DNA from: Anolis carolinensis
Taxonomy: Eukaryota
Direction of reading: 5' to 3'
NCBI RefSeq assembly: GCF_035594765.1
Contig: NC_085846.1
Span: forward strand, 9,969,190 to 10,033,189
DNA: 64,000 nucleotides
Made by a program: the position numbers and the translations under genes. Under the pieces are notes generated by a model. It had not been told where the DNA came from. It did not search any database and saw only the letters and a list, made by a program, of their open reading frames with translations. Each line of letters begins with the position of its first letter. Positions within the stretch are counted from its first letter, which is position 1. This document shows, piece by piece, positions 23,670 to 36,800 of the stretch.

Positions 23670-23819
23670 AGACAGCGCATGCGCAGTTTTATAGTCGAAG
23701 GAGGGGGGAAAAAAAAGAGAATGACGTAGAAAGCGTGAAGCCGTGATGTGGAACTTGAGGGAGGAAATGGAATGGGTTTCCGTTTCCGGCTGAGGTCAAC
23801 TCTTCCGGGATTGGGCGCA
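23670..23819 (+). promoter_or_regulatory. FIS1 proximal promoter with NRF1, CRE-like and ETS/GABPA motifs
   Basis: CpG-rich patch. GCGCATGCGCA at 23675-23685, ATGACGTA at 23721-23728, TTCCG/TTCCGG motifs at 23778-23810, TGAGGTCA at 23791-23798. No TATA box. Confidence 0.75.
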
Positions 23820-23864
23820 ATGGAGTCGGTGCTGAGCGAAGTGGTGGCGCTGGAGGATCTACAG
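23820..23864 (+). CDS. FIS1: FIS1 exon 1
   Basis: gcaATGG start, 45 nt, CAG|gtgaaa donor. Confidence 0.95.
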
Positions 23865-24920
23865 GTGAAAAGCAGTTTTTTTTCCTCCGATAATAATTGT
23901 GAATCTGTGCAGGTTAAGTGGAGCCTCCAGTTAAAGGGGCAGTGTTCCTTGGTTCCCAGTCGAGACTGATGGTAAACAAACTACAGGGTGTCACCCCGCC
24001 CCCTTAAAGTGATACACCCCTTTATAATGCTGGGCATTTTCTCCCCAAAAGTGTATTCTGTATATATTTATAGTGTGTTTGTGTTTATTGTATACATAAT
24101 GTGTATATAAACTATATATATATATACACACGCACACACACACACAGGGCATATATATATATAGTGCGTATATATAGTATGTGTGTGTATATTTATATAT
24201 ACTGTATATATAATATGTGTGTATACAGTAGAGTCTCACTTATCCAACACTCGCTTATCCAATGTTCTGGATTATCCAACACATTTTTGTAGTCAATATT
24301 TTCAATATAACGTGATATTTTGGTGCTAATTTTGTAAATACAGTAATTACAACATAACATTACTGCGTATTGAACTACTTTTTATGTCAAATTTGTTGTA
24401 TAACACGATGTTTTGGTGCTTAATTTGTAAAATAATAACCTATTTTGATGTTTAATAGGCTTTTTCTTAATCTCTCCTTATTATCCAAGATATTTGCTTA
24501 TCCAACGTTCTGCTGGCCCGTTTATGTTGGATAAGTGAGACTCTACTGTATATACATCCACACACACACACTATACTATGTGTGTATATATAATAGAGTC
24601 TTGCTTATTCAACATAAACGGGCCGGCAGAACGTTGGCTAAACGAATATCTTGGATAATAAGGAGGCATTAAGGAAAAGCCTATTAAACATCAAATTAGG
24701 TTATGATTTTACAAATTAAGCACCAAAACATCATGTTATATAACAAATTTGACAGAAAAAATAGTTCAATACGCAGTAATGCTATGTAGTAATTACTGTA
24801 TTTATGAATTTAGCACCAAAATATCATGATGTATTAAAAACATTGACTACAAAAATGCATTGGATAATCCAGAATGTTGGTTAAGTGAGACTCTACAGTA
24901 CATACATACATACACATACA

Positions 24921-24958
<38 letters not shown>

Positions 24959-27900
24959 TTCTGGGTATAAAATATATATAGTGTGTGTGTATATACATAT
25001 ATTGTGTATGTATGCACACACATATACACACTATATACAGTGTGTATGTGTATATACTGTATATATAATATGTGTATATATACATACATACACACACTAC
25101 ATATACAGTATATTTATTTATTTATTTATACACACTATATATTTTCTGGGTATAAAATATATATATTGTGTGTGTATATATACTGTGTATATACAGACAT
25201 ATACATACTATAGTTTGTGTATGTGTTTATACTGTATATATATGTGTGTGTGTATATACATACATACACTATATATACAGTATATATATATATACACACA
25301 CACATATATATATACAGTAGAGTCTCACTTATCCAACACTCGCTTATCCAACGTTCTGGATTATCTAACGCATTTTTGTAGTCAATGTTTTCAATACATC
25401 GTGATATTTTGGTGCTAAATTCGTAAATACAGTAATTACTATGTAGCATTACTATGTATTGAAGTACTTTTTCTATCAAATTTGTTGTATAACATGATGT
25501 TTTAGTGCTTAATTTGTAAAATCATAACCTAATTTGATGTTTAATAGGCTTCTCCTTAATCTCTCCTTATTATCCAACATATTCGCTTATCCAACATTCT
25601 GCCGGCCCGTTTATGTTGGATAAGTGGGACTCTACTGTATATATTTTCTGGGTATAAAATATATTGTGTGTGTGTATATATATATAGTATTTATATAGTA
25701 TATCTATATATATAAAAGAGTGATGGCATCACGGCAATTCACAAAACAACAAAAGTACAGGCCCCCCAACCTCAAAATTTGACAACACAACCCATCATCC
25801 ACGCCTCAAGGTTGATACAACAAAAAGAAAAGAAAAATAAAGTCCTAATTAGAGGGAGAGCAATAATTTTTTTTATCCAATTGCTGCCAGTTTAGAGGGC
25901 TAATCTCTGCCCACTTGGTTGCCTAGCAACCAGCCAAGGGACAGCCAGGTTTCAGTTAGGGGACAGGCAGATTTAGGCCTCACTTAGGCTTCTTCCACAG
26001 ATTATCTAATTTGCACTGGATTATATGGCAGTGTAGACTCAAGGCCCTTCCACACAGCTATATAACCCATTTATAATCTTATATTATCTGCTTTGCACTG
26101 GATTATCTTGACTCCACACTGCCATATAATCCACTTCAGTGGGCATTTTATACAGCTGTGAAGAAGGGGCCTCATATAATCCAGTTCTAAGCAGATAATT
26201 TAAGATTATCAATATACAGTAGAGTCTCACTTATCCAACGTAAACAGGCCGGCAGGATAAGTGAATATGTTGGATAATAAGAAGGGATTCAGGAAAAGCC
26301 AATTAAACATCAAATTAGGTAATCGTTATACAAATTAAGCACCAAAACATCATATTATACAACAAATTTGACAGAAAAAGTAGTTCCATGCGCAGTAATG
26401 CTATGTAGTATTTACAGTAGAGTCTCACTTATCCAACACTCGCTTATCCAACGTTCTGGATTATCCAACGCATTTTTGTAGTCAATGCTTTCAATATATC
26501 GTGATATTTTGGTGCTAAATTCATAAATACAGTAATTACTATATAGCATTACTGTGTACTGAACTACTTTTTCTGACAAATTTGTTGTATAACATGATGT
26601 TTTGGTGCTTAATTTATAAAATCATAACCTAATTTGATGTTTAATAGGCTTTTCCTTAATTCCTCCTTATTATCCAACATATTCGCTTATCCAATGTTCT
26701 GCCAGCCCGTTTATGTTGGATAAGTGAGACTCTACTGTACCGTATATACTCGAAGATAAGAAAAAGAAAAGAAAAATAAAGTCCTAATTCGAGAGAGAGG
26801 AATTGCTTTTATCCAATTGCTGCCAGTTAGAAGGTTAAGCTCCTCCAACTTGGTCTCCTAGCAACCCAATAAAAAATAATTAAAAACACTACAAAAATTA
26901 ATACAATAAAATACTATAATAACAGAAAATAACTAATAATAATACAAGAAAAAATAAAATATAATAAATAAAAAGATAACTTACAATAAAATTAATTAAA
27001 AAATACAAATAAAATCAAGTAAAAATTACATAACAATTTTTAACCAATACCACTACCACTTTGCCACAGCAATGCGTGGCCGGGCACAGCTAGTTCTTTA
27101 TATATAATATGTATGTATACATACACACACACTATATATATGGCAAATAAAGACAAATTGAACTTAATGTAACACACTACTTCTGTTTTATAAAAACAGC
27201 TCTGTGAATTCAGTATATATTATTTCTTTTCTTTTTTTTTGCCAGTTGCTTAAAAGTCCCCATTTATGGAAATTGTGCTGGATTTCTATATGTATATATA
27301 CTTTAAAAAAGTGTACATCCACAATATCTTGCAATTCTGGTAAAAAAAAAAGTATGCATCTGTAACAGTTTGTATTTCTGGATATACTGGCGCATGTGTG
27401 TGTGCATAAGCATACATACATATATTCCTTTTCCCAAAAAGTATACATCCATAACATCTTATAATTCTGGATGATTTTTTTTTCATTTTTTTCTCAAAAA
27501 TATATACATCTTTAATAGGATTAAAGATGTTAATGGTGTCACAAAATTACAAGAGAAACTTCAAGTGATGTTTCCTTGCATAAAATCATAATTTCTGTTT
27601 GCAACTCTGTTTAACTACTTATAACAATTTATTCTTCAATTTCGATGTATTTACATAACCTTTAGATAATCACCATAGCTGCATATTAGCTGTTAAAGGG
27701 TGTACAGTCTGTTGTCTATATCCATGGATTTGGCACCCAATAGACTCAATCATGCACAACTTGAAAATGCTAAAAAAAAACCCCAACCAAATAAACATAA
27801 ACAAACAAACAAACCCAAAGCAGGGTTGTTGTGTGTTTTCCGGGCTCTATAGCCATGTTCCAGAAGTATTCTCTCCTGAATATTTCTGGAACATGGCCAT

Positions 27901-30900
27901 ACAGCCCGGAAAACACAAAACAACCATGTGATTCCGGCCATGAAAGCCTTTGACAACACAAACCTAAAATAAACCTTTATTTTTCATTTTTAGAATAAGG
28001 GATGTTGTTTTATTGCACCATTGCATATAATGGCACTTGAGCTCTATGGGTTTTGGTATTTGTGTGTGTGAAGGAGGGGGGTGTCCTGGAACCAAATCTT
28101 AGTGGATACCAAAGGTTCACATTTTTGGGGGACACTCTGTAAGTGGGGCGGTTCCTTGCCTTCTCCATCAGCCCCACCTGGAGGATAAAGGCCTGGTTTT
28201 GGTGGACTTGATCCAGAATTGCATTCATTTCTTGTGATTCCACCTCTTTGCTTCCTTTGGTTGATTCATCCCTCTTTCCAAATACACGCGGTTGAATTAC
28301 CTTTCTGAAACTGTAATTAGTATTGTTCAGCTACAGGAAAGTAATTGCTTGGTCTAGACATAAGATGATGCGGAATCCACTCTCTAAAGGAAATATAAAA
28401 TGACAGCAAGTAGGCGAAGCAATAATAAGCCAGATCTTGAAGGAATAGTATATATGAGGGAAATCTATTTCCCTGAAAGGTGATAGAAAAGAACAGGAGA
28501 TACTAGTTTATCTTGTGAATATGCGAACACGGTATGTACTCAAGGTTCCCTTAAGTTTGACATTGCAGTTAAGGCTTGGAAAAACAAACTGAAAAAAGGG
28601 CAGCTTCTCTCTCTTTGACTGAATTGAAAAATATAGCAATCAGTATGCAAAGGGACTTCTAGTACCTTTGACATTATGTGAGAGAAAGAAAGCGGTAGCA
28701 TAAACCTTCCTAGACTAACTCATCATCATCAGATGAATAAAGTGTCATCTGATAAAGTAGAGTAAGGGTACATTAACAATGTAAATGTAAAATTAATGCA
28801 GTTTGACACCACTTTAGATGCCATGGCTCAATGCTATGGAATCCTGGGAGATGTAGTTTAATGAGGCACTCACTCTGGCAGAGGAGGCTAAGGAGACCTT
28901 GAAAAACTATAACTCCAATGATTCCATAGTATTGAGCCATGACAGTAGTATAGATGCACTCTTAAGTCCATTAACACTATATTACCAACTTCTTTCCCTT
29001 AGTGGGTTGTTGTGTATTTTCCAGGCTGTATGACCATGTTCCAGAAGCATTCTCTCCTGATATTTTGCCCACATCTATGGCAGGCATCCACATCTGAGGA
29101 TTCCTGCCATAGATGTGGTGAAACGTCAGGAGAGAATTCTTCTGGAACATGACCATACACCCCTGGAAAATACACAACAACCCAGTGATTCCAGCCATGA
29201 AAGTCTCCGACAACACATTCTTTCCTTTAGTCGCAAAGTTTGCATAAACGATACAAGTTACGGTAAGTCATTTAGAAAAATTAAAGGGTTGAGAACTTGA
29301 AGCCTATGAAGAGTTTGGATCACTGGAGTGATGTCCTCTCACATATTTTTCTCATGAAGAGGCAAATTGTAGTGTTTCAAGTTGACTGTCTCCTCTGACT
29401 GATGACATAGCCTTGTAATGAATCACATGAGAGGCTTGTGATGAGATAATTGTATAGTGGCACATGAGGAAGTGCGGGATTTCCATTAGAGGGCACCAAA
29501 TCATTGCTGTTAACGTAAGCACTTAATGAACTATTGTTCTATCTAAGCACTGGTGTATTCCGTGTAGTATGCCTGGCTTAGTCATTTGTTCTGTGAAATG
29601 CCATGCAGCTTACATCCCAATAAATATATTTAGGACTGCCACCATAGATTATTTTTCTGGAGTCTGGCTAGTTGGTCCTTTCTCCTCAGTCTGAAGCCTT
29701 TTTGCAGCCACTAAATAAGAGTATTGGGGTGCATATACCGTATATACTCGAGTATAAGCCGATCTGAATATAAGCTGTGGCACCCAATTTTATCACAAAA
29801 CCGGGAAAACCTATTGATTCGAGTATAAGACGAAGGTGGGAAATGCAGCAGCTACTGGCAAATTTCAAAAATAAAAATAGATACTAATAAAATTACATTA
29901 TTTGAGGCATCAGTAGGTTAAATGTTTTTGAATTTTACATAAAATTGTAATTTATGATTGTAATAATAAGACTTTAATAAGATAAGACGGTCTAAGTCTG
30001 ATTTCCTATATACTTAAGTATAGACCAACCTGAACATAAGCCAGCCAGGATCCTCACTCGAGTATAAGCCTAGGGGAGCTTTTTCAGCCCTAAAAAAGGA
30101 CTGAAAAACTAGGCTTATACTCGAGTATATACAGTACATTGTAAAATTAATGGAGTTTGACATCACTTTAACTGCCATGGCTCAATGCTGAGGAATTGTG
30201 GGGGTTGTAGTTTTGCATAGTCTCTTCTACCAAAGATTGCTTCCCCATACTACATGATATTCACATGATCAATTGCATTGAGCCATGGCAGTTAAACCAG
30301 TGACATATTTTCTCAGCCTCAGAAGAAGGCAAAGGCAAACAAACTCGGAACAGATCTTACTGAGAAAGCCCAGTTACAGGTTTGCCTTAGATCTGAAAAC
30401 AATGTGAAGGCGCACAACAATTTTGTGATTAAGCCTTTTGTTTGACACTCTCGTTATAAGTCACATATCCAGACCAAAATTAAGTGCTGGTGATTAAGAG
30501 GCAGGGGAGGATTTCTCGTGACAAGGAAAGGAAATTCTTATGCTGGCTCCTTGTCAATTTAAACAATTTGAATCTTAATCAGTTGATATTCATAACCTTC
30601 AGAAACTCTTTGTGACAATGACTTGTTCATTTATGTAGAAAACAATGCTTGATCTGGTTGGCACATTCGGACATGAAAACAATCATATAATTGTGCTGCC
30701 TGATCATTCCTAATGTAAGCAGGAGGTTGATATAGGAGCTTTGGGTCTTTAAGATGCCACAAAACTCTTTTGTGTTTTGTTGCTACACACTAATACAGCT
30801 AGCCTTCTGGAATTTGATGCCGGTAAAACCTTTTCAACCAGGCCATTTCTTGTTATGTTAGTTCTCTACTTACATGAAGCTTTGTTGTAATGCAAGGCAC

Positions 30901-33808
30901 AACTGAAAGATGACCACCCATTGGAGTGCAACGTGCTACAGGTCCAGTTAGGGAGATCTGGGATTACAATCCAAAAAATGAACTCTGTTGGACTTATATT
31001 ATGGAACATTATGGATTATGTTAAATGTCAAATGTGAATGGGCTTTCTCACTTTGCTGTGGTTGTGTGTCTTCAAGTCATTTCCGATTTATGGCAACTTT
31101 AAGGTGAACCTGTACTAGGATTTTCTTGGCAAGATGTCTTCAGAGGGGAGGGGTGTTACTTTTCTGTTCCTCTGATACTGAGAGCGGGGGACTCGTCCAA
31201 GGACATCCAGTGGTTTTCCATTGATGAGCAGGGATTTGAATCCTGGTCTCCAGTTGTAATTCAATGCACAAACCACTACGCCATGTTGCCTCTTTTTCTT
31301 TCTCACTGATTTGGGGAAATGTCATCTGGAACATGAATCTATCCTACTTGCTTGTATCTAGACCAGTGGTTCTCAACCTGTGGGTCCCTAGATGTTTTGG
31401 CCTTCAGCTCCCAGAAATCCTAACAGCTAGTAAACTGGTTGGGGTTTCTTGGACTTGTAGGCCAAAACACCTGGGGACCCACAAGTTGAGAACCACTGAT
31501 CTAGACCATGCATGTAGAAGGGACTGGAGGGTGCCACTAAGACTGGGAGAGGAATGAACTAAATCAATACATAGACCTTCTTGAATGCTTGTAAGTTGCA
31601 GCAAGAAATCCATTAAGACTTACAATTTGTAGGAAGCTGCTCCTTTCTTAGCTGAGCGGGAGCTGAATCACCCACACACACATTTGCAGACTTTTCTCCC
31701 ACTTGGAGGTGATCCATGAAAGCTGAAAACTCATGCTAAGATCTAACAACCCCAGTTTGCACTATCTCAAGACCAGTATGTCCACCCTTAATCAAGCCTG
31801 GAGTCAGCTAGTAATCCCACATGTTGCCTTCAGTTTGGCAATTGAGAGGATGCCTTGGGTCCAGCGTGTCTACACCTTGACTCTTGCGATAACAAATTCC
31901 CCTCCTTAGAAAAAGGCAAGGTGCTCTTGAAGACCTTTCGTGACTTCATGGCAGTATTTTCCAGATTTTGAGCAGCTGTGTTGCAACCAGAATGTTGTTC
32001 AAACAGACTTCTGTTTCCTTAAACCCAAATGAAAAGGACCCTTTATGACAGGTGAGGTGACCTCTCCTCCTGGAACAACTGTTTTTCAACAAACATACAA
32101 TTTTTTTCAGGAGGCTTGTGAGGCATCACACCCACTTGATCGGGTCTTGCGTGGGCCATTTTGACAAGCCTTTAGAAGAATTTCATTAGTTCTTTCCCCA
32201 AAGGTCACCTTGTTCTTAAAACTGTCCTATGTGTTTTGAAAAATTTCTCATCTGAGCTCTTGATTAAATGGGGTTCACTTGGCTAACTTTTTTGCACCCA
32301 CTCACCTTTGCTGGGGTCCTATTTACGTAAATGCAAAGGAATGCGTATTTCTCTGGTGTGATTATAAACAAACTGTCTGCCTTAGGTAGCAATTGCTGCG
32401 GCCCGCCCCGTTCACTCGGTTGACAGCAGACAAAAAGATCAGTGTTTGGTTTCCGACAACACAATTCCGGCTACAGAGGTCCTTGATGTGCTTTTTTATT
32501 TCTCCAATACTTGCATAACCTTTCATAAAAGATCCGGTCGGTAAGCCTGTTCCTGTTGGATTGATTCCTCACCTGGGAATGGGGTATGAGAACAGGGTGC
32601 TCCATACTTTAAAACAAAGTTTCAGGCTAGGCAGAACTGAAGAGCTGACCTCTCTGATCTTTTATAAAATGATATATGCATACATTGTTTCTTTCTTGCC
32701 TCATTTTTTAAAACTTAGGCATAATTTCTTTTGTTGCCAGTGCTCAGAGGTTGCTATGAAATTTTACATTTGGGGGCACTGGCTCTCAGAGACTTCTAGT
32801 TAGCATATTGTAATCCACACTTTTCCTCATCAGTAGTATGGATCCTTAAGTATTCAGTGGACAACAGTCCATGCACAACAGGAATATTTGGGCCTTTTGG
32901 GATTTAAATGTTCCTTAATTCTAGATATATGGCCTATTAAGGTAGCTATTTTTTTGTACAGGAACAATAGCTTGTTGGTACAGAATGTTGTCTTTATCTT
33001 AAAAGTATCATTTTATGTTAGTGTTATCTCTGCAATATAAATATTCAACACTGTTTGTACTCATGTATTTTAACATTGATTTTCAACTCTGATTCAAAAA
33101 TTGTATTTGAATGTCTTCTTGTATGCCTTATTTATTCTGTATCACTTCCTATGTAGCCTTTCTTCAGCCATTGTGAGAAGCTGAATTTTGAGATTCTAAG
33201 GTGGGGTAGGTATCATGAATCTGTAAGATCTGGTCAGGACTGTTGAAAGTAGAGTGCCTTCAAGGTCTCCCATTAAGTCAGTAGCAGTTAACATTTTCCC
33301 AGAGAAGCCAACAGCACTTTACTCCGAATTTTCTTTCAGTTCCAGTGGTAATCTAGATGGAGGAGGATTATCTGCCAGTAAAATGCAAAAGTGTTTTGAA
33401 CAGGTCTCCCCAGAAAATCTTAATATCCTCCTTATGAAGGTTCAAGTTTTGTCCTTCACCTCAGAAGAGTTTCTACATTTTAATCTAATAGGGAGAGATT
33501 CAGTAAGCCAAAGTTTGGGCCAACCCTGGCTCTCCAAGCAGAGAAGAGTTCTTCTGCATGTGGCTGTTAAAAGGCAAAGGCTTGTTCCAGGATGGCAGCC
33601 TTCTTGTTTGGCAAACGATCAGTAGCCCTTCTGTTGCCACTTGGCAGTTATTGGGGAAATGAGAGGTGGGGCACGAGTGCCAAGGAATCAGAGTTGTTTT
33701 CCCAGGTTGACTCATCTGGTTTCGTCCATCAGACAGCCTTATGAAATAAACACCCAAACAAAGGAGGAGCTTTGGGCCATCAGAATCCTGTAAAGGTCAT
33801 TCTCATTC

Positions 33809-33864
<56 letters not shown>

Positions 33865-36800
33865 GCTCCTAGATTTTGCCACTGAGCATGCTGGCAGTCA
33901 TGTTACTGGGGAAATCTGGGAGCTGGAGTCCAACTTTAATTTTGAACTATCATGAGTGTCCTTCCTCAGAACAGGAGCCAGGCTTCCTAGTTTGGGAGAA
34001 GCTATGATCGGCATGCAAACTCCCATTACCATCAAGCAGGTGAAGCTGAGGGAAACGAAGCCAAAAGCTTGAGAACATCTAAAACTTTTCAGCCCTGGGT
34101 TAGTTGGGCAAATAGTCTGATTTGGTATAGAACTTTCTGAATATGTGCATTGTAGAGTTTATTAGAAGTTGAAGGCCTAACTTAGCTTAGGGTCTCATTA
34201 TAGAGTAGAAATGGGCAAAATGTGACTCTCCAAATGTCAGATTGCAGCTCTTAGCGTCTCTGCCCAGCTTAGCCAATGATGAGGGTGGTCAAGTTTGCAG
34301 TCCAGCATCACCTGAATTACCACGTGTTGCCCATCCATGTGCTATTGTGAAAGTTTCTGTCTTAGAAATGCAACTCCCATTTATTTATTAACTTTCATTC
34401 TTCCTATCACCTCGTTGGGACTCAAGGCGGCTAACAATGACTGTCATCATCCATAACCAGTTAAATGTTCTGCTAGAGCTGATGGGAGTTGAATTCAACA
34501 AGAAGGACCCCATATTCCCCACCTATATAATAATGATAGTGTACTTCTGTGAAAGGGTTTTGTGAATAGTAAAATGATAGCAATAAAGTCATGTTCATTT
34601 TTCCTCTGTCTCAGCTAAGTTATAGTTTGACTGCACCAGATCCTGGATGGGTCGCAAGTACCTAGGTGTCTGGATGATCCAATTTTACCTGATAGTTTTG
34701 GAGGAAGAGTTTACACTCAGAGGACTTAACCCGCTCCCCTTCCTTCTTTCAATCCTTTCTTCATTCTGCAGAAGTTTGAGAAGAAGTACAATGCTGAGTT
34801 GAAAGAAGGAAACATTTCCAAAGGGACCAAATTTGAATACGCCTGGTGCTTGATTCGTAGCAAATACACCGACGACATCAAGAAAGGCATTGTACTCCTG
34901 GAAGGTGAGCTGTAGGTCAGCCCAGTGAGGGAGGACAACTTGGAATTAACAATAACAACAACAACAATTATAACAATAATTTTATGTCTTGCCTGCTCTT
35001 GGCTCGAGGCAGGTTACAACATCACATAATTATCTAAAAAACAGTCATAAAATGCACATATTAAAACATAAGTCTACAAAATACATATTGAAATACACAG
35101 AACATAAAATTAAAATTCGTGATTAAAACACAAGTTTAAAATTTATGATTAAAACTTGCTGGGTATTCCTGCTGGAAGAGATAGGTCTTCAAATGTGTTT
35201 TAAATTTTGGCAGCTCATTTAGCTTTCAGATCTCTTCTGGCAGGTTGTTCCACAGTCTTAGGGTGACTGATGAAAAAGTCCTCTGGGTTCCCCATATGTT
35301 GCTGAACTGCTGCTCCCAGCATTCCTTACTTTTTGATGGACTGGCTAGGATTTATGGGTGTAACAATATGAAAATGTTAAGAGGGCAGTACTTTGCCAAT
35401 CTTGGATTAGAACTAAATCTGAGTTTTGGTCCCTGCTCAGCGATGAAACTCCCTGGAGGGCTTTGAGCAAGTTGCTCTCAGCCTGAGATTTCACAGGTTG
35501 TCAAGATAGAATGGGCTGTACAAGAGCCATGTATGCCACGGTTGGAGAAGCAATGAGATCTATAGGTCAGGAAGCTTTTGAATGGCAGAGACTAAAGGCT
35601 TCGTCCAGCAGTCCTTGCCAACCTGGTGCCCTGCAGAGCTCTTGGGCTACATAAGATGCTGCCCTATTTTAAATCAGCCCTGGTCCATCTATCCCAGTAC
35701 TGTCAACTCTGGCAGGTAGACCGTCAAGCAGAATTTTTTCCTGGCCTAACCTAGAAGTTCCTGCTGGTCTTCCACCTAAATACTACTAAACCATTGGAAA
35801 TAGATTCTTTGTATTCCCTACTGTACATGATCCTCTACTCAAGTGTTCACTAGGCCTGGTTCTGCGTAGAGCCTGAAATCAAATGGGACCGGATGTGTTC
35901 AGAGTAGTATGGTGGTCTACAACTCCCATCAATTCAGCTGGGAACTGTATAACACATCCTGAAGGCACCAGGTGAGCAATTAGTCCAATTTGTCAGCTCT
36001 TATCTTTACATATAAAAAACCTGCTCTGGAAAAAGAAACTTGCAACCCATAGAAAAGAGAAATAGCCTTTTTGTGTGCATGCAATACACCAGGCATACTA
36101 TTTCTCTCTTGCCTGACATGTTTCTAGCAGTTGCATCTTCCCCAAGGCAAAACTAATCCTCATTTTCTTACAGAAGGGACTTCCCCTTTCGCAAGGTAAC
36201 CAGTCGAGATTGTCACCCTAATGGAAAGCACCAGACATTGTCACTTGACATCTGCCAAGTGACAGATGAAGATAGGTATTGGGACTAAAATAAACTACTG
36301 TTCCCCATCAACAAACACATATCCCATAAGCTCTGTGATTTTAACAGTCTTCTAGGTTATGGATGCTTTCCTGTCCAAGTGCAACCATCCCTAATACAAG
36401 CTTGCCAAGTTTCTTATGTGTCCAGAACTAGATGATGTTTTCAGATTCCCTGCATCGTTATTCAAACTTTCTTTTTCCCTCTCCACTTTAGATCTGTTGC
36501 CCAAAGGGACCAAAGAAGAGCAGCGTGACTATGTCTTCTATTTGGCAGTGGCCAATTACCGACTGAAGGTGAGCTTCCTGGTGCTCTGTTCCTTGCCCTA
36601 TTTCCCTACCTTGCCAAAACTCTGGATTTGCCACTAGACTGGTTTTATTTATACTCCTGCTGGATTTACTCTCCAGAGAGCTTTACAGTGAAAACGTCCA
36701 AAGATTCTTTCCAGCACATTAAGCTCTAGTCTTTCTGGGATTTGAATTGTGAAGATCTATCCCCCCCTTTACATCCCCTTTTCAAAACATTTCTCAATGC

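Noticed and set aside
23991-25479. Tyr/Ile/Cys-rich ORFs
   Set aside because: Translations of TA/CA microsatellites and MITEs.
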